Source: Candidatus Poribacteria bacterium (lineage in GTDB: Bacteria; Poribacteria; WGA-4E; WGA-3G). Taken from it: 64,000 nt of DNA. Both the position numbers and the translations under genes were made by a program. The notes below the pieces were generated by a model. That model was not told where the DNA came from. It saw only the letters and a program-made list of their open reading frames with translations, and did no database searches. Positions 10,796-20,468 of the stretch are shown in pieces. The stretch covers positions 4,480,001 to 4,544,000 of the forward strand of contig OZ243938.1 of the NCBI GenBank assembly GCA_965214095.1, written 5' to 3'. Within the stretch, counting starts at the first letter, position 1; each line of letters begins with the position of its first letter.

Positions 10796-11509
10796 CTATT
10801 CCAAAATCTGATCAAGTTCAGTTTCTCGTTGATGGGTTGGATCAGATTTTCTGGCAGCAGTTTCTTTGGCAGACTTAAATCCGTAAAATTCAATTTCACT
10901 GATTCTTGCTGGATATCGTGAGCGATAGAAACGATTTTGTCTTTCTCTATACCTATAATTTTCCTGTTCTCTATCAAATCTGTCAATTTCAGTATATAAG
11001 TCGGCTTTTGCTTGTCGTGCTTGTGTAGCATCATCTTTCGTGTCCAAGACAACAATTCGAAATCGTGCGGTAGGTTTTGTGTCCATATACGGAACGACAA
11101 CTGGATATGATTTCACCATTTTAACTTCTTTCACTAATTGCCAATCTGTGTCCGAATGTACAGTCCCACCTCTATCGGCATAAATGGCAAATTTATTGAT
11201 ATTGTCAGAATGGATTACTATCCTACGTATGAGTTTCTTTTCAGGTAATGATACAATTACTTCTGTTGCATTACTTGAGCCATAGAGTCTTCCTGGTCCT
11301 GTAGAGGATGTTGTTTCACCAACAGTTTTCACATCGCCATCTATCATTTCTGGATTGGTAGACATAGTGCCTTCCATTAACGCATAATTATCACTCCATT
11401 CTTGTTCAGCAAACAAACTCCATTTTTTATCGGTAAGCATATGTTGACATCCAGCTATGAAGATTAATGAGCAACATATTAATGGTAAAAAACTATACCG
11501 TGTATACAT
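10796..11509 (-). CDS. hypothetical lipoprotein (possible discoidin/galactose-binding-like fold)
   Basis: Lipobox IAG-C, GGAG RBS; MIDGD...RISEIEFYG pattern. Confidence 0.65.
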   Translation of the reverse strand: MYTRYSFLPLICCSLIFIAGCQHMLTDKKWSLFAEQEWSDNYALMEGTMSTNPEMIDGDVKTVGETTSSTGPGRLYGSSNATEVIVSLPEKKLIRRIVIHSDNINKFAIYADRGGTVHSDTDWQLVKEVKMVKSYPVVVPYMDTKPTARFRIVVLDTKDDATQARQAKADLYTEIDRFDREQENYRYRERQNRFYRSRYPARISEIEFYGFKSAKETAARKSDPTHQRETELDQILE

Positions 11510-11621
11510 AATGTCTCCTAAATTTGATTGGAAGTATAATGATTACAATTCCAAAGTAAAATGATTCAAATAGACAGATTTAGAGATTTTATCAGATTAG
11601 ACATATTTGTCAAGAAATTGT

Positions 11622-12137
11622 TCATATTCCCATAACTAAGGCTACCGCTGCAAGAAGTATAAGTATTGATACGACTCCCATTAGACTTGACACTATAGAC
11701 ATTTGCTTTCGGATGGGTTGGATTTCAGAAGGTAGTTCTTCTAACGAGTCGTCCAATGTTTCTATTGCTTTAGCCAGTTTTGGACCAAACACAAAACTGT
11801 GGAGTGTTGTAAGTATTACGAGTACAACAAACAGCATCAATTTGATAAACAGTGTTCTCATAAATGAAGTTGTAATTGCAGAGTCAGCAGATGGAGTAAA
11901 ACCAATTGCGTTGAAAATGTTAATTAATCCAGTGAAGAATAAGATACCAACACACCCCCATACAATCGGTTCAAATCGTTTGCCAATTTGTGTTAGTAGT
12001 TTTATACGCTGCACAGGCGGTAAGTTCTGACGAAAATATGGAACAATAACCATTGCTAAAACAAGGTTCCCCCCAATCCATATAACCGCTGCAATGACAT
12101 GTATCCATCTAATTAATAGGTTCAATATATCTGGCAT
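11622..12137 (-). CDS. CopD/DUF4149-like 4-TM membrane protein
   Basis: RWIHVIAAVIWIGG, FFTGLIN, LFIKL, LHSFVFGP. Confidence 0.75.
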   Translation of the reverse strand: MPDILNLLIRWIHVIAAVIWIGGNLVLAMVIVPYFRQNLPPVQRIKLLTQIGKRFEPIVWGCVGILFFTGLINIFNAIGFTPSADSAITTSFMRTLFIKLMLFVVLVILTTLHSFVFGPKLAKAIETLDDSLEELPSEIQPIRKQMSIVSSLMGVVSILILLAAVALVMGI

Positions 12138-12185
12138 ATAGTGTCGTCCTTGTAAAATTGATATGTAATATAATTGCTAAAATTC

Positions 12186-13904
12186 TTATACTCTTTGATT
12201 TTCAGTAGTTTCCAGATGTTTCAACACAGTCTTCAGCCGAGTGATTAAATCCTCCCTTTCTACAGTGGAAAGTGGAACAGGTGCAAACCTGTGGTATTCA
12301 CATTTTGTAAGGATTTTTTCTATTTCCTCTATGATTGACTGGGACACTTTCACATGATTACATACTTCTTGGACTTCTGCAATAGTTAACTGACGATATG
12401 GTTCATCTATTATATTACACAGATATTGATGTAGAATTCGTGTCAATTCCTCTCCAAATGACGTTGGATTCATATCTATCGTTGCATCATCTAAAGAATC
12501 TATTGAGACAGATAAATCCTCGGTATGAGATGGGTTGTTATCTGATGATGAGGAAATACTATTTATTTTTCTTTTAGAACGATATAACAGAAATCCTACA
12601 GGAATTAGTATTCCAATTATCATGATCAATAACAACCACAAAGTCCAGTATGGAAAACTTGATTCAGGATCAAGTGCAGCCGATGAAGTTGGCATTACTG
12701 TGATTTGTATTGGTTGTGTATATGTCGTCTGATATGTTTCTATGCTCGGATTGAAGTATGAAAACTCAATAGCAGGAATCTGTAAAATACCAGACTTTAA
12801 GGGTATAACAACATAGTTTAATTGATAATTTTCTTTAGTAGCATCTTTGACTTGGGTAGGTGGTTCAACTCTAAGATTTCTAATTGATGAGATGTTCGGT
12901 GGCGTGAGATTCCTAAGATGTCCCTGTCCCGTGATTTTCAAAGATAAAGTGAGTGCATTTCTGACCTTAAGTTTTTTCCTGTCTACTTGTGCGGCAATAC
13001 TGAAATTACCGACTGCCCCACTAAAATTAGTTGGTTTTCCAAGTTCAGGGAGTGGTTGTACATTGAGCGGAATTGCTTTTGTTTTCAAGGTCTTTGGATT
13101 ACCCTTTAGGTGCAGTTTTAATTCAGATGATTCAATCAGGATCTTGCCAATATTTTGTGGATACAATCGTCGGACATATTCTTGAACATAGAATGTTTTA
13201 CCACCGACCTTTGCAGTTGTGTTCTTCTCATCATTTAGTTTCTCAACGACGAATCCATCAAAGTCAGGTAATGATGGCGTAGGTGGTTCCACTGTTGGTA
13301 AAACAGTTGTATATAAGTATCGGAACCGATATTCTATTCCTTCATTTACAAAAGGTTTCTGATTATCAATTTCTGCCATGACTTTATGAACACCACCAGT
13401 AGAGGTATTGTGATACGTATCTGTTGCCCCAACTATTATCTTCCCTGGATTGGCTAAGTAAGGTACACCTTGATATAAGAAACTGATATCAGGCAGAGCG
13501 ATCTCTCCAATCACTTGCGGTATCAGTTCATACACCCATGCCATTGTAACTGCTACTTTGTCGTCAACTAATCTTGGTGTGGTTTTTGATTCAATAGGGA
13601 CAGTGAGAAAATTGGGTAAGAAATTGAATTGTGGTGAACCGATATAATTTATCTGTGTTTTGCCAGATATTTTAAGTTCTAAAGTTGCTTTTTCATTGAA
13701 TTGGATAAAGCGGGGAGAGACGATGGCAGTAACTTCAATATCTTTGCCTTCAACATCAAGGGGGAAAAGTATCAGTGATATGCTAAGCGTAATAATACTA
13801 TATAGTGACTTGGTGAGAATAATGTGTATATTACCAATCTTTAGCACGTCTGATACCGGTATTGAGTTGTTTCTTGAGGATCTCTTGTCGCCGTCTGTTT
13901 TCAT
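12186..13904 (-). CDS. batD: BatD-like (oxygen tolerance) protein
   Basis: VQPLPELGKPTNFSGAVGNFSI, TLSLKITGQG, IPAIEFSYFNP, C-terminal TM and CEYHRFAP; start uncertain. Confidence 0.8.
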   Translation of the reverse strand: MKTDGDKRSSRNNSIPVSDVLKIGNIHIILTKSLYSIITLSISLILFPLDVEGKDIEVTAIVSPRFIQFNEKATLELKISGKTQINYIGSPQFNFLPNFLTVPIESKTTPRLVDDKVAVTMAWVYELIPQVIGEIALPDISFLYQGVPYLANPGKIIVGATDTYHNTSTGGVHKVMAEIDNQKPFVNEGIEYRFRYLYTTVLPTVEPPTPSLPDFDGFVVEKLNDEKNTTAKVGGKTFYVQEYVRRLYPQNIGKILIESSELKLHLKGNPKTLKTKAIPLNVQPLPELGKPTNFSGAVGNFSIAAQVDRKKLKVRNALTLSLKITGQGHLRNLTPPNISSIRNLRVEPPTQVKDATKENYQLNYVVIPLKSGILQIPAIEFSYFNPSIETYQTTYTQPIQITVMPTSSAALDPESSFPYWTLWLLLIMIIGILIPVGFLLYRSKRKINSISSSSDNNPSHTEDLSVSIDSLDDATIDMNPTSFGEELTRILHQYLCNIIDEPYRQLTIAEVQEVCNHVKVSQSIIEEIEKILTKCEYHRFAPVPLSTVEREDLITRLKTVLKHLETTENQRV

Positions 13905-14457
13905 TCATACTCAAATTCTCAAGGAGTTGGTCTATTTCACTATCTGAAAGATTGTTCGGTTCTGTTTTCGTAGAATCTTGCATTTGAGAGTTGTCATTTT
14001 GTTGTGGTGTAATGTTGGGTTTTTCTGCTGCCATTTGTTGAAGTGCCAAAGCAAGATTATGTTTAGCATCAACATCATGTGGATTCAAACGGAGTGATGA
14101 TCTATATGATTCGATTGCTGCAGCAAGATCACGCATCTGAAACTGAGCATTTCCTAAGTTGTAATAAACAGCAGCTTTGTTTGGAACATTTACTTTGAGG
14201 AGTGCTGTTTGAAAGGCGTTTGCAGCTTGACGAAATCTACCTATTTTATATAATGCAGCACCCAGATTATGATGAACGACAAGGTTGTTAGGTCTATCTA
14301 CTGCTGCTTTTTGAAATGCTGACACCGCTGTGTCATAATCCTGAATCACATAAGCTTCGTGACCGCTTTTCATCAGACGTGTCCAGGTACCGATCCATCC
14401 GATAAGTATAGGTAAAAGTAGCATTAGAAGAAAAACTTGAAAGATTCTGTATAACAT
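13831..14457 (-). CDS. batC: BatC-like TPR protein
   Basis: HNLGAALYK, YYNLGNAQF, DAKHNLALA TPRs; Q/N-rich linker; ends KDW; directly upstream of batD. Confidence 0.75.
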   Translation of the reverse strand: MLYRIFQVFLLMLLLPILIGWIGTWTRLMKSGHEAYVIQDYDTAVSAFQKAAVDRPNNLVVHHNLGAALYKIGRFRQAANAFQTALLKVNVPNKAAVYYNLGNAQFQMRDLAAAIESYRSSLRLNPHDVDAKHNLALALQQMAAEKPNITPQQNDNSQMQDSTKTEPNNLSDSEIDQLLENLSMNENRRRQEILKKQLNTGIRRAKDW

Positions 14458-14463
14458 ATAACA

Positions 14464-14492
14464 ATTATAACGCTAAAAGGTGCAATTATCAA
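14464..14492 (-). promoter_or_regulatory. sigma70 promoter, probably leaderless, for batC
   Basis: TTGATA-N17-TATAAT with only 6 nt between -10 box and ATG; no SD. Confidence 0.55.
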
Positions 14493-14577
14493 GAATATGT
14501 TAGCAGATATGTTCAGAATGACTGCATGATTGAACAATCAAATTATCATGTATTCTTACTATTGTTTAGGAATTAAG

Positions 14578-14618
14578 AAAAATGGTGAATAGGCATTGTA
14601 TATTAGACCTATTCACCA
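14578..14618 (-). terminator. rho-independent terminator of paralog 1
   Basis: TGGTGAATAGG/CCTATTCACCA stem with T5 on the minus strand. Confidence 0.7.
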
Positions 14619-14660
14619 AGTTATATGGATTACAATGAATTCTACAGACTATAGTGTAAA

Positions 14661-15491
14661 TTAATTCCGTTTTATATTTGCCCAAATGGTGGTCAACTTA
14701 CCAACTGGTTCAACTGGTAGGACCCCATCAATTTCTTTGAAGAATTCCTCTTTGTTTGTAGCTGCATCTGGATAGATATCAACGGTATCATGTGTTTCGT
14801 CGTCAAAATGTAGGTTCATATAAGCACCTCCTCCACCTTCACTTACGCGGTATAGCAGCACGTTAGCACCTTTCTGGAGCTTGATTTCAACGTTGTAATC
14901 AACCTTTTTTGCACCGCCGGTCCAATCGGGGTGATAATACCATTTTTCGCCGTTAATCCAGATTTGTGCATTATTATCGTGGGCGGGTGACATAACAGAT
15001 GTTATCGCCTTTGGTGCATCAATTATAATGATACCGTAGATGTCAATGTTATCAACCGGTCCATTCCTATTCATATTATTATCACTATTAGTATCTAATT
15101 CAAAGACATTCCAGCTTCGAGGTCCTCCGTTTGCATCTCCCCAATCAATCTCATCCATATTTTTTGTTTTCTGCAAACCGGCGAGGGTAGATAGTGTAAC
15201 CTGTGTCAGTTTGCCATCAGTACCTTCGTCAATAAGATCTCTTGTAATAACATTTCCTGGGCCACCAGTATTTGTGAAATTTCCATCAGGTCCATACCAC
15301 TTGCCGATCCATGTGTTATAGCCAGAATGGTCTTCGTCTACTGTATCTGGTGGTTTTACGAAAAAATCAGCTTCTTTCAAAGGACCGCCATCAAGATTGA
15401 CTTCACCTTGAGCTGAGGTAGTGTTTGTTAAATTTAACATCAAACATAGACTTAATGCGACTGTCAGAAGAACAACATTTATATGTTTCAT
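14661..15491 (-). CDS. secreted jelly-roll (PA14/galactose-binding-like) protein with C-terminal PVEP..KLTTIW tail, paralog 1
   Basis: Signal peptide; HDNNAQIWINGE...IKLQKGANVLLYRV; ends GVLPVEPVGKLTTIWANIKRN. Confidence 0.75.
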   Translation of the reverse strand: MKHINVVLLTVALSLCLMLNLTNTTSAQGEVNLDGGPLKEADFFVKPPDTVDEDHSGYNTWIGKWYGPDGNFTNTGGPGNVITRDLIDEGTDGKLTQVTLSTLAGLQKTKNMDEIDWGDANGGPRSWNVFELDTNSDNNMNRNGPVDNIDIYGIIIIDAPKAITSVMSPAHDNNAQIWINGEKWYYHPDWTGGAKKVDYNVEIKLQKGANVLLYRVSEGGGGAYMNLHFDDETHDTVDIYPDAATNKEEFFKEIDGVLPVEPVGKLTTIWANIKRN

Positions 15492-15797
15492 TTTTACACC
15501 TTTAATAAAAATAATAAGATTATGCTTGAAAGTCTGAAAGTAATTGGTAATTCAACTTACCATGTATTTTATAATATATCATACCATATTTGGATTACTT
15601 TTGGATAAGGAAATTTACAGGATTAGAAAGTTCATTGAATTACCATTGTGTGTTTTACTAAAAACTTACATTGTAAGCTGTGGCGAACGTTGTGAATACC
15701 ATTTGAGTCAAATAAATGTATAGTGTTGTCATTAATCTTCAGTTCAGACAAATGTATTTCCAAACAATAGCACAAGATTTTGCATAAAGAGATAAAG

Positions 15798-15839
15798 AAA
15801 AATGGTGAATAGGGATATAATTATTATCCCTATTCACCA
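15798..15839 (-). terminator. rho-independent terminator of paralog 2
   Basis: TGGTGAATAGGGATA/TATCCCTATTCACCA stem with T5; homologous to 14578-14618. Confidence 0.75.
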
Positions 15840-15881
15840 AACATTAAGTCATACAAACAATACTAATGTATGAATTGTAGA

Positions 15882-16712
15882 TTAATTCCGTTTAATATCT
15901 GCCCATATTGTTGTTAATCTACCAGTTGGTTCAACAGGTAAGACTCCATCAAGTTCCCTTAAGAAACTTGCTTGGTCATCTGCATTTTTTGGGTAGATTT
16001 CTACAGCATCGTGTGTATCATCATCAAAATGCAGGTTAAGGTATCCATGACCACCACCTTCTCCACATCGGAATAGGACAACATTTGCACCTTTTTTCAA
16101 TTCAACTTCAATGTTGAAGTCAACTTGTTGTACTGCACCAGTCCATGTTGGATTGTTGTACCATTTTTCACCATTAATCCAAATCTGTGCATGGTCATCG
16201 TGTGCTGGAGACATAACGGATGTCATTGCTTTAGGTGCGTCTATAACACAGATAGCATAAGTGTCAAAATTATCTGCCCCACCACCATCTTTCTGTATAT
16301 TATGAGGATCAGCAGGATCTATTTCAAAAACAGTCCATCCTCTTTCACCACCATTGTTATTCCAATTAATATCAACAGATTTTGTTTTCCTCAATCCTAC
16401 AGCAGTGGAAAGAGACAATTGTGTCAATTTCCCATCTGTGCCTTCATCTATTAGGTCTTTGGGAGCACTTGCACCAAATCCACCATTGGTTTCATAATTT
16501 CCGTCAGGACCATACCATTTCGTAATCCATGTGTCTACACCAGAATGATCCTCGTTCAATTCAGCCCCAGCAACTTTTACCATCCAATCAGCTTCAGGTA
16601 TTGGTCCACCTTTAACATTGACCTGTCCTTGTGCATAAGTATGTAATGAAAAACCCAAAGTCAGTAGAAGAATCAAAATTATTGTCTGATTCAAATTATA
16701 ACGTGATTTCAT
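15882..16712 (-). CDS. secreted jelly-roll protein with C-terminal PVEP..RLTTIW tail, paralog 2
   Basis: Probable start MKSRYN at 16712 after GGAGG (276 aa, same length as paralog 1); shared blocks KWYGPDGN, DLIDEGTDGKLTQ, TSVMSPAHD. Confidence 0.75.
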   Translation of the reverse strand: MKSRYNLNQTIILILLLTLGFSLHTYAQGQVNVKGGPIPEADWMVKVAGAELNEDHSGVDTWITKWYGPDGNYETNGGFGASAPKDLIDEGTDGKLTQLSLSTAVGLRKTKSVDINWNNNGGERGWTVFEIDPADPHNIQKDGGGADNFDTYAICVIDAPKAMTSVMSPAHDDHAQIWINGEKWYNNPTWTGAVQQVDFNIEVELKKGANVVLFRCGEGGGHGYLNLHFDDDTHDAVEIYPKNADDQASFLRELDGVLPVEPTGRLTTIWADIKRN

Positions 16713-16860
16713 AAAATTATTAAACCTCCGTAAAAATATAGAAACATAGTATGTTTCATTAAGATATACATTTGTGTTAAACAGAGTTACCACCGTATAC
16801 TATATACATATTTGTGTCAAGAAAAAATAATTTATTTCTTGAAAAGGTCTAACGCCTTTA

Positions 16861-16889
16861 TTGACTCAATAATGAGTTTGGTATAACAT
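16861..16889 (+). promoter_or_regulatory. putative sigma70 promoter of pectate lyase
   Basis: TTGACT-N17-TAACAT about 50 nt upstream of ATG with AAGGA RBS. Confidence 0.45.
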
Positions 16890-16938
16890 ATCTTAACATA
16901 GAATGAATCATCCAGCAAACTAACGAAAGGAAATCTCT

Positions 16939-17985
16939 ATGAAGTTACAACTGACTTTCATCTGTGTGACATGTCTCTTATTTCTTTCATTATCCGAGGC
17001 AACCGTTCCTTCTCAATACACGAAACAATCCACTGAATGGTTCCAAGGGGAGGAAGGTCGTCGCATTGCCGACAACGTCCTCACGTGGCAGACACCGTAC
17101 GGCAGTTGGCCAAAGAATAAAGACACTGCCTCTAAGCCGTTTGATGGTGATAGCAAAGACCTACGGGGAACTTTTGACAATGGTGCGACTACTAACGAAC
17201 TAAGGTTTCTTGTGCGTGCGTTTCTTGCGACAAACGAACCGCGCTACGAAGAAGCATTCCTCAAAGGTCTTTCTCATATCTTTGAAGCACAATATTCGAC
17301 CGGTGGGTGGCCCCAGTATTATCCATTAAGGAAAGGCTACTATCGACACATTACTTTCAATGACAGAGTTATGGAGCGAATACTTGAACTCCTCCGTGAT
17401 GTTTCTGAATCTTCAGACTATGGGTTCTTGAAAACAGAGTACATCACTAAGGCTAAAGCTGCTGTAACCAAGGGCATAGACTGCATTCTGCGTACACAGA
17501 TCAAACAGAATGGTAAACTCACAGCTTGGTGTGCACAGCATGATGAAAAGACGCTTGAGCCTGCGTGGGCGCGTTCCTATGAGCCGCCATCAATCTCAGG
17601 TGCGGAAAGTGTCGGTGTTGTGCGTTTCTTGATGTCAATTGAAGAACCCACACCAGAGATAATTGCGGCTATTGAGGGAGCTGTTGCATGGTTCGGAAGC
17701 GTCGTGATCCAAGGTATGCGTTTAGATGAATTCACCGACGCAGAGGGACAGACTGATAACCGGATCGTAGCGGATCCGGATGCGGGACCACTCTGGGCAC
17801 GTTTCTACGAGATCGGCACAAACCGTCCAATCTTTCTCGACCGGGACTCAGTTGTACGCTATGTGTTTTCTGAGATTGGACAGGAACGCCGTACCGGATA
17901 TGACTACTACGGTGGTTGGGCAGCCAAACTCCTCACACGTGAGTACCCACAATGGAGAGAAAAGCATAAGTTAGAAAAAGAGTGA
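16939..17985 (+). CDS. pelA: pectate lyase, PL10 (PelA/Pel-15E) family
   Basis: Signal peptide; GTFDNGAT, GGWPQYYP, HITFND, WCAQHDEKTLEPAWARSYE, WARFYEI. Confidence 0.93.
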   Translation: MKLQLTFICVTCLLFLSLSEATVPSQYTKQSTEWFQGEEGRRIADNVLTWQTPYGSWPKNKDTASKPFDGDSKDLRGTFDNGATTNELRFLVRAFLATNEPRYEEAFLKGLSHIFEAQYSTGGWPQYYPLRKGYYRHITFNDRVMERILELLRDVSESSDYGFLKTEYITKAKAAVTKGIDCILRTQIKQNGKLTAWCAQHDEKTLEPAWARSYEPPSISGAESVGVVRFLMSIEEPTPEIIAAIEGAVAWFGSVVIQGMRLDEFTDAEGQTDNRIVADPDAGPLWARFYEIGTNRPIFLDRDSVVRYVFSEIGQERRTGYDYYGGWAAKLLTREYPQWREKHKLEKE

Positions 17986-18034
17986 CCGAGAGCCTGTCTG
18001 ATGGATTCCTGGAATCTGTCTGATAGAAATCAGT

Positions 18035-18332
18035 TATGGTAAACTTTTGAATTAATGGGACATTTTGAGATGTAGGAGGGAACTTCGATTCTGATTATCA
18101 CTGAGTTAACTCGCGATTCGGAGATTGCTTCTACAGGAACTTTGTCCTATTATTTTCAATCACACTCCTCGGTAGATGCGGTTTCCTAACCGCATCTATA
18201 AAAACGAACAAACACCGGTTCGGTTAGGAAACCGAACCTACCGTCGTGTGTAATATGAAACTGAACCTACTGTCGTGTGTAATATGAAACCGAACCTACC
18301 GTCGTGTGTAAATAATTATGGTTTTTACTATA
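18035..18332. mobile_element. chimeric MITE/REP composite: class C left part fused to class B right part
   Basis: 18035-18160 matches the reverse complement of 37355-37492 but lacks its terminal ATTCACTATA; 18161-18332 matches 27474-27611 but lacks its left end; ends ACTATA. Confidence 0.75.
18228..18313. repeat. tandem repeat, 3 x 29 bp
   Basis: Unit GAAACCGAACCTACCGTCGTGTGTAATAT at 18228, 18257, 18286. Confidence 0.85.
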
Positions 18333-18358
18333 TTTTATCAAACTCGCGGCAGTCGCAT

Positions 18359-20179
18359 CTATTCAGTCGGATAGGTATTTAATGCTTCCTGCCACTTATT
18401 TAGCTGTTCAACACGTTGTGTGGAGTCTATTGGAATTTCAAGCGGTCTTCCACGGGTATCAACAACTAATCCAACAACACCACCCATTGCCTCTGCTTCC
18501 AGGAGTGTGCCTCGACCTGCCCCAGCATCAAATTTTCTTGAAGGTTGAAGTTTCACTGAAGCGGTTTCACCAATGTCAAGTGGATATAGACGTATCTCAC
18601 CATAGGGAACGTCTTCAGTGATAGCCGGTTTGTCTGGAACACTTATCTCTATTGAGAGACATGATTCACCCTCTTTTCCAACACCAATTGGCGATATACA
18701 AGTGCCGAGATGAATCAGACAATCACGTTCAAATACATGTGTTGCTGCTTCAGCATTAACTTGCGCCAATACACCAAGTTGAGGCATCATAAAGATGCTA
18801 TCAACAGCAAGATGTGTAATACCTTCTGGTTGGAAAGCGTCAATCATCATAAGCATGGATTGCTGCCGTCTTGGTGCGTGTGACAGAACGCCACCACTAC
18901 CGACTAACATATCTAATGAAAGCATATTAACAAGTGTTTGTCCACTTTCTGCCTGAGCAAAAGCTTCTGAGATTGTGCGTTGTTGTTGAACACCACGCAA
19001 TTCCACGGCTAACTGTTTATGTTGTACAAATGCCAATCGCAGTGCTTCACGGGCAATTGCTTGTTCTAATACTAATTCTTGTAGTGTTTGAGGAATGGTT
19101 GTAGGTCGGATCATCTTGTTTTTAACGCGATTGCGAAGATCCCCTTCCTCTATGTCAAATGGCACCCAACGTAAGACATTATCAATACCCGCTTCAGCGA
19201 GTACATTGGAAACACTATAACTCATACCCAGGTTCGCACTCACAGTCCGGTTAAAGATTGGTTCATCTTCTCGGTTCTTGAACACAGAAAACACATCGGT
19301 TGTTGCACCACCGATGTCAACGCCAACGACCTGCATATCGTGCTGTGCAGAAACGGTTTGAATTATTTCTCCAACTGCACCTGGAGTCGGCATAACGGGT
19401 GTATCTGTCCATTCAAGCAGTTTCTTGTATCCGGGTGCATGTGCCATCACATGCTCAAGGAATTGTTCTTGAATCTTGTGTCGTGTTGGCATTAATTCTT
19501 CACGTTCTAACACAGGACGAAGATTATCAACGATCTCCAAAGACATCACATCTTCCAAACGTTCGCGAATAAGTTCTTGTGCGTCTTTGTTACCTGCATA
19601 AATAATAGGGAGTTCGTATGCAATGCCAAGACGTGGTTGGGGTCGAGCTGCTGCTATGATCTCAGCTAATTCAACAACATGTGAAGTTGTGCCACCATCA
19701 ATCCCACCCGATAGTAGAAGCATGTCGGGACGCAGGTGTCTGATACGTTCAATTTTTTCATGAGGTAGACGTTTGTCATTGGACGCAATCACATCCATCA
19801 CGATAGCACCTGCACCGAGTGCCGCACGTTCCGCACTCTCTGCAGTCATATTGCGTACAACACCTGCTACCATCATCTGCAGTCCACCACCCGCACTACT
19901 TGTTGATATATAAACATCAACACCTTCATCTCCGCTCTGTGGTTTGATGATATTTCCATTATCCAACAGTTTTCGTCCAGCAAGTTCCTCTACTTCTGTA
20001 ATTGCATTGATTACACCAGCAGTGACATCTTCAACAGGTGCTTCTACTGTTGTGGGTGCTTCACCGCGTACGATAAGTTGATATTCATCACCACGTTTCT
20101 CAATTAGTATTGCTTTTGTTGTGGTGCTACCACAATCCGTAGCAAGAATAGAACGGATGCCGCTTCCCGATTCATTCAT
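18359..20179 (-). CDS. glmL: GlmL (glutamate mutase L)-like actin-fold ATPase
   Basis: TDCGSTTTKA, STSSAGGGLQM, GGIDGG, MPTPGAV, VDIGGATTDVFS, RTVSANLGM. Confidence 0.85.
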   Translation of the reverse strand: MNESGSGIRSILATDCGSTTTKAILIEKRGDEYQLIVRGEAPTTVEAPVEDVTAGVINAITEVEELAGRKLLDNGNIIKPQSGDEGVDVYISTSSAGGGLQMMVAGVVRNMTAESAERAALGAGAIVMDVIASNDKRLPHEKIERIRHLRPDMLLLSGGIDGGTTSHVVELAEIIAAARPQPRLGIAYELPIIYAGNKDAQELIRERLEDVMSLEIVDNLRPVLEREELMPTRHKIQEQFLEHVMAHAPGYKKLLEWTDTPVMPTPGAVGEIIQTVSAQHDMQVVGVDIGGATTDVFSVFKNREDEPIFNRTVSANLGMSYSVSNVLAEAGIDNVLRWVPFDIEEGDLRNRVKNKMIRPTTIPQTLQELVLEQAIAREALRLAFVQHKQLAVELRGVQQQRTISEAFAQAESGQTLVNMLSLDMLVGSGGVLSHAPRRQQSMLMMIDAFQPEGITHLAVDSIFMMPQLGVLAQVNAEAATHVFERDCLIHLGTCISPIGVGKEGESCLSIEISVPDKPAITEDVPYGEIRLYPLDIGETASVKLQPSRKFDAGAGRGTLLEAEAMGGVVGLVVDTRGRPLEIPIDSTQRVEQLNKWQEALNTYPTE

Positions 20180-20270
20180 ATATTTTTTCTCCTAAACAGA
20201 AAACATGTGTATCTTTATCATGTTGGTTCTTTAAAGAGATAGTTGTTCCTAACATTTGAGAACTTCATTT

Positions 20271-20462
20271 TATAGTAGATTTTGAAATTACTTAAACACT
20301 CTACATCGGCGAGGTTAGGAAACCTCGCCTACCGTGGGTATCGGGTGTCAACTTATATTTATAGTAGATTTTGAAATTACTTGAACACTCAGCATCGGCG
20401 AGGTTAGGAAACCTCGCCTACCGTGGGTATCGGGTGTCAACTTATATTTATAATTCACTATA
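20271..20462. mobile_element. class A element, head-to-tail dimer (89-bp period)
   Basis: TATAGTAGATTTTGAAATTACTT at 20271 and 20360, two REP hairpins, single right end TTCACTATA. Confidence 0.85.
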
Positions 20463-20468
20463 AGAAAA

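Noticed and set aside
10765-11100. 111-aa alternative-frame ORF
   Set aside because: Overlaps the lipoprotein gene on the same strand; no RBS or motif
18228-18313. Possible CRISPR mini-array of 29-bp repeats
   Set aside because: Repeats are contiguous with no spacers and derive from the REP element
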